Below are positions 16,031 to 24,081 of a stretch of DNA of 28,426 bases, piece after piece. Positions within the stretch are counted from its first letter, which is position 1, and every line of letters starts with the position of its first letter. The DNA comes from a virus (lineage: Duplodnaviria; Caudoviricetes), in IMG/VR virus record IMGVR_UViG_3300020422_000002, positions 1 to 28,426 of that record; one strand, written 5' to 3'. The position numbers and the translations under genes were made by a program. The notes beneath the pieces are model-generated. The model was not told the DNA's origin. It saw nothing but the letters and a program-made list of their open reading frames with translations, and did not search any database.

Positions 16031-17917
16031 ATGGCTTTAGGTGTTCCTCGCTTAGACCAGTTAATAACTCAGCTTGATAGTATAAGTGGTAAATTCGATA
16101 GTGATGACGATTTAAATAAACTTGAGTTTACCAAACCTAATTTAGAACAACTACATTTATGGGGTGACATTGAGCAGGGTTTAACTCTGACCGATACCTT
16201 TAATGCTGATGTAAATATTGTTAATAGTAATTTTTCTAGAAGTCAACCAGTTGTATTTGCTTGTGAGGTTGTGTTTCCAGAAACAGTAGATACAGCTTGT
16301 ACTTTGTTTGAAATGGGTGGTGCAGGTCATGGTGTCACAATTGGTTTTCATGATACTGACACATTTAGATTAGCTTTTGGTAGAGGTAATAATGATACGC
16401 CTACCAATGACAAAACTATCATTGATGTATCAAAAACTGCTTTACCATTAGATGGCGATTTGCACACATTAGTTTGGGAAATGAACCCAACTAATGGTAC
16501 TGGATCAATTTATGTAGACAATCAACTTGTAGCGACAGGCACAAATTCAGGTTGGAATAATTCAATTTGGGCAGGAACTGATTCAGGTGGATTTATCAGT
16601 CAACTTAATCAGACAACACCTGCTTATCAATTTATAAGAGCAAATGAGCCAAACGTAAGATGGGCATATGGGTTTGCAGGTAATCTTAGACACTATCAAA
16701 ATCAATCTGTAAATACAAATAAGTTAGGATTAGATGCTTTAGATTCTCTAGGAAACTTAGATAGTTTTGATACATTTTTTGTTCGGCAAGGTACAGTAAG
16801 TGTTACTGTATCAGCTAGTGTTACATCAGGTGCTGAAGTTGTTGAGGGTGTTGTTGCTGATGTTGATACTTCAGCTTCAATATCATCTGGATCAGTAAGA
16901 ATAAGAACTGTTAGTAGCAGTATTTCTACAAGTGCAACTGTTTCTTCTGGCTCAGTTAGAATTAGGACTGTAGCAAGTTCTATATCTGTTTCAGCTTCTG
17001 CTTCTGCATTTAGTGTAAGAATACAATCTGCTAGTGCAAATATTTCTACAACAGCCACTATTTTAAGTAACTGTGTAGGCATTTTCTCAGCAGGAAGTTC
17101 AATTGCAACAAATGCAACAGTTTCTTCTTCGGCTATCAGAATAAGAACTATTGCAAGTACAATAGTATCAACTGGTACTATATCTGCATCTGCAACTGCT
17201 ACATTAAATTTTGAAACAAATATATCTTGTTCAGCTACAGTATCTGCTTCACCAGTAAGCATTTTAGCTTCTAGTGGATCAATAAATACGACTGCAAGTA
17301 TTTCAAGCACATCTGTATTAATCAGGCAGTTTGATGGATCTGTTGCTACATCTGCAAGTATTTCAAGCAGTTATACTGTTACATTTTTAGTTGGTAGTTC
17401 TGTATCAACAAGTGCAACTGCTTCGGCCAGTTCAGTAAGAATTAGAACAATAGCAGGTACAGTTGTTTCGGCAGGAAATGTAAGTGCATCTGCAACTGCA
17501 ACACTCAACTTTGAGACAAGTATTTCATGCTCTGCTTCAGTATCTGGATCAGCCACAAGAGAACTAGCATTTAGTGGTTCGATAAGTACATCGGCAAATG
17601 TTGCAGGATCTGGAATAAGAATACAACAGGCTGAAGGAGCAATTGCAACATTAGCAAATATTACAGCAACAGCAGGGCAAATATTTGGTGTATCAGGTTC
17701 TGTAGATACAATTGTTACAATTGAAGCTACATATTACTTTACTGTAAATGTTACATCCTCTGTAGACACTACAGCAAGTGTAAGTTCTACAATTAAGATA
17801 ATTGGGGATGATTGGTCTATAATACCTAAAGGTAATGAAACATGGACAAATGTAACTGTTGGATCTGAAGTTTGGTCAACACAAAATACGTCAAATGAGG
17901 TTTGGACAATACAATGA
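16031..17917 (+). CDS. Fibre/spike-like virion protein with LamG-like insert and 20-aa Ser/Ala/Thr repeats
   Basis: DGDLHTLV...IYVDNQLV LamG-like segment; repeats like SATVSSGSVRIRTVASSISV; C-terminal W-x9-W repeats. Confidence 0.75.
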   Translation: MALGVPRLDQLITQLDSISGKFDSDDDLNKLEFTKPNLEQLHLWGDIEQGLTLTDTFNADVNIVNSNFSRSQPVVFACEVVFPETVDTACTLFEMGGAGHGVTIGFHDTDTFRLAFGRGNNDTPTNDKTIIDVSKTALPLDGDLHTLVWEMNPTNGTGSIYVDNQLVATGTNSGWNNSIWAGTDSGGFISQLNQTTPAYQFIRANEPNVRWAYGFAGNLRHYQNQSVNTNKLGLDALDSLGNLDSFDTFFVRQGTVSVTVSASVTSGAEVVEGVVADVDTSASISSGSVRIRTVSSSISTSATVSSGSVRIRTVASSISVSASASAFSVRIQSASANISTTATILSNCVGIFSAGSSIATNATVSSSAIRIRTIASTIVSTGTISASATATLNFETNISCSATVSASPVSILASSGSINTTASISSTSVLIRQFDGSVATSASISSSYTVTFLVGSSVSTSATASASSVRIRTIAGTVVSAGNVSASATATLNFETSISCSASVSGSATRELAFSGSISTSANVAGSGIRIQQAEGAIATLANITATAGQIFGVSGSVDTIVTIEATYYFTVNVTSSVDTTASVSSTIKIIGDDWSIIPKGNETWTNVTVGSEVWSTQNTSNEVWTIQ

Positions 17918-19377
17918 TAAAATTTGGAGAATGGTTGCCAGATCAGCCAGACATGGAAAATAGTGGAGTTACTGTAGCAACAAACGTAATTCCAATAATA
18001 AATGGATACAGGTCTATAAACCAATTTACAAGTGTTTCAAATGCAGGTGATGCTAGATTAAGAGGCCTGTATGCTGTCAAAGACAATAATGGTAACGTCA
18101 ATTTATTTGCAGGAAATGAAACAAAACTTTATAAATTTAATGCAAGTAATTCAAACCTTGATGATGTAACAAAGTCAGCAGGAAGTTACTCATTATCAGC
18201 AGACAATGAAAGATGGAGATTTATTCAGTTTGGAACATCTGTAATTGCCTGTGGCGGTGTAGGTGAAAGTTTACAAGAATTTACATTGGGTACTGACACA
18301 AGATTTGCAGATCTTGCAGGAACTCCACCAAAGGCAGATTTTGTTGCTGTGGTTGGCGATCAAGTTTGGACTGCAAATATAGATGAAGGGTCAGGCCGAA
18401 TACCATTTAGAGCAAGATGGTCAGCATTGAATGATGCAACAAGTTGGACTGTAGGAACAAATCAGGCTGACTTTCAAGACATACCAGATTCAGGTGCAAT
18501 TACTGGCCTAATTGGATCTGGAAGATATGCCACCATATTAATGGAAAAAGCCATTGTTAGAGCCTCATATGTAGGTACACCTTTAATCTACCAAATAGAT
18601 AAAGTTGAAACTACCAGAGGTTGCACATTTAGTGGATCAGTATCTTATATTGGTCAAACGATATTTTATTTAAATGAAGATGGATTTTACCTGTTTGATG
18701 GAAGATCTAGCCAAGCCATAGGGCAAGAAAAAGTAAACAAGTTTTTCTTTAATGATGCAAATATTGGTCAACTTGACAAAATTAGTTGTGCGATAGATCC
18801 AGAAAATAATATTGTGGCTTGGAGTTATGTATCAAATGCAAGTGGATCTACAACACCTGACAAATTGCTGATTTATAATTATGTATTGAAAAGGTGGTCA
18901 ATAGCTGAAGTAGAGGCTGACTTGATAGCACCATTTTACACAGCAGGATATAATTTAGATCAACTTGATAATTTAGCTAGTAACTTAGACAGTTTGACTG
19001 GTGCATTAGATGGTAACTTGTATAAAGGTGGTACATTACTTTTTGGTGGATCTAAAGATAATAAAATATTTGCATTTAATGGTTCACCTTTAAGTGCAAC
19101 AATTGAAACATCAGAGTTTTCTATAAATAAAGGAAGACGATCAATTGTAACAAGATCAACACCTTATTACAAAGATGGGTCGGTAACTGTTCAGGTGGGT
19201 ACAAGAAATACAAGTAGTGAGGCGGTTACTTTTTCAACAGCAAGTTCACTCAATAATGATGGATTTATAGAACATAGAGATCAGGGTAGGTATCATAGAT
19301 TTAGAATGAATATTTCAGGTAATTGGAATATTGCTCAAGGATTTGATATTGAAGGTCAGGCATTGGGTAGAAGATGA
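17914..19377 (+). CDS. Tail tube/nozzle (P22 gp10 / tail tubular B-like)
   Basis: FGEWLPDQP start, WRFIQFG, RWSALND..SW; ATG at 17914 overlaps upstream TGA. Confidence 0.8.
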   Translation: MIKFGEWLPDQPDMENSGVTVATNVIPIINGYRSINQFTSVSNAGDARLRGLYAVKDNNGNVNLFAGNETKLYKFNASNSNLDDVTKSAGSYSLSADNERWRFIQFGTSVIACGGVGESLQEFTLGTDTRFADLAGTPPKADFVAVVGDQVWTANIDEGSGRIPFRARWSALNDATSWTVGTNQADFQDIPDSGAITGLIGSGRYATILMEKAIVRASYVGTPLIYQIDKVETTRGCTFSGSVSYIGQTIFYLNEDGFYLFDGRSSQAIGQEKVNKFFFNDANIGQLDKISCAIDPENNIVAWSYVSNASGSTTPDKLLIYNYVLKRWSIAEVEADLIAPFYTAGYNLDQLDNLASNLDSLTGALDGNLYKGGTLLFGGSKDNKIFAFNGSPLSATIETSEFSINKGRRSIVTRSTPYYKDGSVTVQVGTRNTSSEAVTFSTASSLNNDGFIEHRDQGRYHRFRMNISGNWNIAQGFDIEGQALGRR

Positions 19378-19685
19378 CAAGATCAACAAATTATCCAAGA
19401 TTATCTATTTATGAAGAAGATCCATTAGTTGTAGCAAATGTAGTAAATAATATTCTTGATGGAAAAATAAATTCTACAGGATCAGTAACATTGGCAAATA
19501 GTGCAACAACCACAACATTGTCAGATGACAGGATTGGTGAAGATAGTGTAATATTATTTATGCCAACAACAGCAGATGCATCATCGGTAAACATCCATGT
19601 TACAGGAAGACAAAAAGGACAGGCAACTTTAAATCATGCAAGTGCTACAACCACAAGATCCTTTGACTACGTCATTTTTGGCTGA
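19374..19685 (+). CDS. Small tail-associated protein
   Basis: VNN..DGK.NSTG.VTL pattern; ATGA coupling. Confidence 0.7.
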   Translation: MTRSTNYPRLSIYEEDPLVVANVVNNILDGKINSTGSVTLANSATTTTLSDDRIGEDSVILFMPTTADASSVNIHVTGRQKGQATLNHASATTTRSFDYVIFG

Positions 19686-20028
19686 GTTTCAAAGGTGCAG
19701 GGAATGGATTAAAAATGCCCTGAAGTTTGCACATGACAGTCATTCTCCAGAGGATGTATTGATAATGTGTCAAAAGGGTGATGCCCAGTTTTGGTCTTTT
19801 AAGGATAGTGCAATTATTACAGAAATAATTGATTATCCGAAAAGAAGAGTTTTAAGGTTTTGGTTGGCAGGGGGCAAATTAAAAACCCTGCTTGAAGTAG
19901 AAAAAAAAATTATACATTGGTCAAAGTTTTATTCCTGTGAGGGTGTAGAAATCAATGGCAGACGAGGATGGGAAAGAGTTTTGAAAGACTATAAACCATC
20001 AGCAATAACTTTAGTAAAGGAAATATAG
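19636..20028 (+). CDS. GNAT-like acetyltransferase-fold protein preceding ejection genes
   Basis: TEI..YP....L...LAGG and C..V...GRRGW.RVL motifs; start uncertain (TTG 19663 possible). Confidence 0.6.
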   Translation: MQVLQPQDPLTTSFLAEFQRCREWIKNALKFAHDSHSPEDVLIMCQKGDAQFWSFKDSAIITEIIDYPKRRVLRFWLAGGKLKTLLEVEKKIIHWSKFYSCEGVEINGRRGWERVLKDYKPSAITLVKEI

Positions 20029-20029
20029 T

Positions 20030-20767
20030 ATGAGCAAAGGCGGAAGAAGCGGTCAGCAAACTGTAAATACTCAAGTTTCAGCACCAAGCTATGCACAACC
20101 ATTTTTAGAATTTGGATTGTCAGAAGCAAAAGAGAGGTATGATACTGGAGAACCTAATTTCTATCCATTTCCAACAACTGTTGGTTTTTCTCCAGAAAGT
20201 GAAATGGCTTTAAATATGGTTAGAGACAGGGCATTAGATCCAAATAGTCTGACTGCACAAGTACAGGATGTAGTTGGACAAAATCTTGCAGGTACAAATC
20301 CTTTGATGAGTATGGCTTTTCAGCCTGTTGTTGATCAAGTCAATTCGCAATTTGCAACATCTGGAAGATTAGGATCAGGGGCAAATCAATCAGCTATAGC
20401 TTCTGGTTTAGCACCAATGGCATATAAGGCACAAATGGATGCATTACGATTAGCACCAAATGTGCAAAACTTAGATGCTCAACAATTAGCACAAGTTGGT
20501 GGTGCAAGAGAGGCTGATGCACAGGCACAATTACAGGCAGACATAGACAGATTTAATTTTGAGCAAAATGTAGATGACCAAAGACTAGCAAACTTTTTAT
20601 CACTAGTTGGTGGCGGTACAGTAGGGTCACAGACAATACAGCCTGTATTTAGAAACCAAGCATTATCTGCATTAGGTGGTGCATTAGGCGGATCACAACT
20701 TGGACAACTTGCAGGGTTTAATCCTGCATATGGAGCAATCCTTGGTGGATTGTTAGGGTATGCCTAA
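20030..20767 (+). CDS. DNA ejection / internal virion protein 1
   Basis: MSKGG N-terminus, Gln/Ala-rich, C-terminal glycine zipper LGGALGG...ILGGLLG. Confidence 0.75.
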   Translation: MSKGGRSGQQTVNTQVSAPSYAQPFLEFGLSEAKERYDTGEPNFYPFPTTVGFSPESEMALNMVRDRALDPNSLTAQVQDVVGQNLAGTNPLMSMAFQPVVDQVNSQFATSGRLGSGANQSAIASGLAPMAYKAQMDALRLAPNVQNLDAQQLAQVGGAREADAQAQLQADIDRFNFEQNVDDQRLANFLSLVGGGTVGSQTIQPVFRNQALSALGGALGGSQLGQLAGFNPAYGAILGGLLGYA

Positions 20768-21891
20768 TGAGACCAATTGATTATTTATTAGGAAATATAA
20801 ATCCAAATACAGGACTTCCAATTAATGCTTTAGTGAAAGATCAAAACTTTCCTAGACCTGTCAAAATAGATGCAATGCCTTCTTTGTTAGGTGCAGATAA
20901 TTCATTAATATCACCAATGTATAATCAAAATATACAATCCAGAGATGGGTCAGCTATACCTGTAAGACAAATGACAAATGTTGGAAGTTTACCACAGGAT
21001 AGAAGAACACCTTCGCTTTTAACACCAAATGTAGGTGCGATAAATCAAGACAGCACAGCAACTGGTTTGTTAGGTACTTCTTTCAGAGATCCAAGAACAG
21101 TAGGTGCATTAAATGCTTCATCTGAGTTATTAAAACTAGGTGGTGCATCGGTTGGTAAACCTGCTCCAACATTAGGTCAGGGTTTAGGTTTTGCTACACA
21201 GGCTTATTTAAAAGGTATGCAAGGGCAAGAAGATAGAATTGCTAAACAACAGATGGCAGGTCTTAAATCGCAACTTGATCTGGCTAACTACATGAATAAA
21301 GTTCAAGAAATGCAGTTGGGTATCCAAAAATCTAAAAAAGATGATCTAAAAACTAAGTTTACTCAGGAAAAAGATTTAAGAAAAGAATTTACTGCTATAG
21401 CAAAACCTTTTAGAGAGACCATAACTAACTTTAATAAAGCCTTTGCATTTGCAAGTAAGAAAAACCCAACTGGTGCATCTGATATTGCTCTTGTATTTGC
21501 ATACATGAAAGCATTAGATCCAAGATCAGTCGTAAGAGAAAACGAACAAGCAGATGTTCAAAATGCAGGTGGTACTCCTGCTTATGTAAGAAATGCTTGG
21601 AATAAAATATCAACTGGTCAAAGATTTGATCCACAAGTTAGAAAAGATATATTAGATGCTTCAAAATCTCTTGTATTAGGTCAAATACAAACTCAGAGAG
21701 ATTTAGAAAATGAGTATAAAAAATATGCTGAAAATAACAATTTAAATGTAGATAATGTTTTTACATCTCTTTTACCAAAAGTTGGAACATTTTTAAATCC
21801 ATTACCTGTAGCCACAATGGAAGAGGCAGAAGGAAAATTGAAAGATGGGCAATATTTTACAATTAATGGACAAATTGGAGTTATTGATTAA
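20767..21891 (+). CDS. DNA ejection / internal virion protein 2
   Basis: DIALVFAYMKALDP.SVVRE.E motif; synteny. Confidence 0.75.
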   Translation: MRPIDYLLGNINPNTGLPINALVKDQNFPRPVKIDAMPSLLGADNSLISPMYNQNIQSRDGSAIPVRQMTNVGSLPQDRRTPSLLTPNVGAINQDSTATGLLGTSFRDPRTVGALNASSELLKLGGASVGKPAPTLGQGLGFATQAYLKGMQGQEDRIAKQQMAGLKSQLDLANYMNKVQEMQLGIQKSKKDDLKTKFTQEKDLRKEFTAIAKPFRETITNFNKAFAFASKKNPTGASDIALVFAYMKALDPRSVVRENEQADVQNAGGTPAYVRNAWNKISTGQRFDPQVRKDILDASKSLVLGQIQTQRDLENEYKKYAENNNLNVDNVFTSLLPKVGTFLNPLPVATMEEAEGKLKDGQYFTINGQIGVID

Positions 21892-23441
21892 TGGGCAAAG
21901 CAAGATTATTAGATCAAAATACAAATACACAAACACAAAATAATAATACAGTTGGTTTGGCCGAAGGTATTACTCAGTCAGCTTTACAAGGATTGACTTT
22001 TGGTACTGCTGATGAAATACAAGGGTTCGCTAAAGGATTATATTCTAAGTTTGTAGAGGGTAAAGATTTTAACACAGCCTATAACGAGACAGTAAGTGAT
22101 ATTAGATCTGACTTAAAATCTTTTAGAGAGCAAGAGCCATTATATGCATATGGATCAGAAATTGTTGGTAGTTTACCTACAGCAATATTAGGTGGTGCAG
22201 GACTTGCCAGAGCAGGTGTTGGTGCTGTTAAAGGTGCAGGAGCAATGGGTGCATTATATGGAGCAGGTGCTACAGATAGTGGTGATCCAGTAGACAGAGC
22301 CATTGGCGGAACTATTGGTGGACTTACTGGTGGAACATTACAAAAGGTTGCACCATATGCTACAGAAGGTGCTAAAAAACTTATTAAAAGAGGAGTGTCA
22401 CCAACTGTTGGACAGGCTGTAGGTGGTGGTTTAAAAACAATGGAGGAAGCATTAACTTCTGTGCCATTTGTTGGTTCGGCTGTTTCAGGTGCTATGCAAA
22501 GATCAAAACAACAATTTGATAAAGCAATATTTCAAGAAGTATTAGCACCAATGAAGCCTCTTGGTGTTAATGCAAAAGAAATTTTAAAAGGTGTTGAAGG
22601 TAGGAATTTGTATGCAAAAACAGCAGATATTATTTCAAACCAGTACGACAAAATTTTGCCTAAATTAAAAATGCCATCAAGAAATGTATTACAATCCAGA
22701 TTTGATGATGCAATTTTGAATGAAGCAGAATCACTATCTGGCAATGCACAAAAAACATTTTTAGAAAAAATTGACAGAATTATTTACTCAAAATTTGATG
22801 ATGCAGGTAATATATCAGGTCAAAACTACAAACAGGCCATGTCACAGGTTAGAAGGGAAGTTAGAAAATTTAGTAAAAGTCCAGAGCCAATCAATCAAGA
22901 CATTGCTTCAAGTTTTAAAGTAATTGAACAAACTATGGCAGATGTATTAAAAAAGACAAACCCTGCACAAAAAGAGGCATTAGATGCCATTGACAAAAGT
23001 TTCAGAAGGTTGTTACCAGTTGAAAGGGCAGTCATTGGTTCAGAAAGTGGAGAGTTTACAGCAAATCAAATTCTTAGACAAATCAAGGGTGGCGATCAGA
23101 CTTTAAGAAAAAAATCTTTTGGTAGAGGTGAGGCAGAAATGCAACCTATTGCTGAAGCAGGACAAAAAGTTATAGGACAAAAATTACCTGATTCTGGTAC
23201 TGGTTTTAGGCAAATGCTTGGTGGTGCATTATTTGGTGGTGGTTTGATGATTGATCCATTAACAACTGCAATTGGAGCAGGATTAACTGTACCTGCATAC
23301 AGTCCACTTGGCACAAATTTAATTAGAAATATAACAACAAAAGGCATTGCTCCAGTAATAGGAAGAGGTTCACCTTTTTATGGAGGGTTGTTAGGTGGTA
23401 ATTACCAAGATGCAAACTTTTTAGGAATGAATAGGAGATAA
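21891..23441 (+). CDS. DNA ejection / internal virion protein 3
   Basis: QGLTFG.ADE motif and Gly/Ala-rich hydrophobic segments. Confidence 0.75.
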   Translation: MGKARLLDQNTNTQTQNNNTVGLAEGITQSALQGLTFGTADEIQGFAKGLYSKFVEGKDFNTAYNETVSDIRSDLKSFREQEPLYAYGSEIVGSLPTAILGGAGLARAGVGAVKGAGAMGALYGAGATDSGDPVDRAIGGTIGGLTGGTLQKVAPYATEGAKKLIKRGVSPTVGQAVGGGLKTMEEALTSVPFVGSAVSGAMQRSKQQFDKAIFQEVLAPMKPLGVNAKEILKGVEGRNLYAKTADIISNQYDKILPKLKMPSRNVLQSRFDDAILNEAESLSGNAQKTFLEKIDRIIYSKFDDAGNISGQNYKQAMSQVRREVRKFSKSPEPINQDIASSFKVIEQTMADVLKKTNPAQKEALDAIDKSFRRLLPVERAVIGSESGEFTANQILRQIKGGDQTLRKKSFGRGEAEMQPIAEAGQKVIGQKLPDSGTGFRQMLGGALFGGGLMIDPLTTAIGAGLTVPAYSPLGTNLIRNITTKGIAPVIGRGSPFYGGLLGGNYQDANFLGMNRR

Positions 23442-23442
23442 C

Positions 23443-24081
23443 ATGGCAAAAGACAAAATTACCGATTATTCGGCAACAGCGAGTAGTAATACCGATGTTG
23501 GTGGAGTGAATCTTGCAGAAAATTCAATGCTCCCAAGTGACGTTAACAATGCATTGAGAGAAATTCTTTCACATTTAGCAGAAATGAATGCAGGTACTCA
23601 CCCAATAGCTGACACATTAACTTTGGCAGATCCAACAGATTTAACCAAAAAATTTAGATTTGATGGAGTTGGAATTTCAGCCAGTAATACCAGAGTTCTT
23701 ACAATACAAGACAGCGACCTTACAGTTGCAGGTATAAATGTTGCACAAGAGTTTTCAGCAACACAAAACTTTAATGCGACAACCTTAACTGATGCCTCAA
23801 CAATAGCTTGGGATGCTTCAGCCAATCAGGTTACATCGGTCACATTAGGTGGGAATAGAACACTTGGTGCATCAACAAATCAGGTTGATGGTGGTGTTTA
23901 TGTAATATCTGTTATTCAGGATGGAACTGGTGGTCGTACATTAAGTTTTAATTCTAATTATAAATTTGCAGGTGGTACTGCTCCAACTGTAACATCAACA
24001 GCATCAGCAAGAGATATATTTGTATTTAAAAGTAATGGTACAAATATGTTTGAAATAGGTAGGAGTCAAAACGTATCATGA
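23443..24081 (+). CDS. Tail fibre proximal / adaptor protein
   Basis: YS.TA..NT, PS.VNNA.R, VTLGGNRTL and QDGTGGRT motifs. Confidence 0.75.
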   Translation: MAKDKITDYSATASSNTDVGGVNLAENSMLPSDVNNALREILSHLAEMNAGTHPIADTLTLADPTDLTKKFRFDGVGISASNTRVLTIQDSDLTVAGINVAQEFSATQNFNATTLTDASTIAWDASANQVTSVTLGGNRTLGASTNQVDGGVYVISVIQDGTGGRTLSFNSNYKFAGGTAPTVTSTASARDIFVFKSNGTNMFEIGRSQNVS

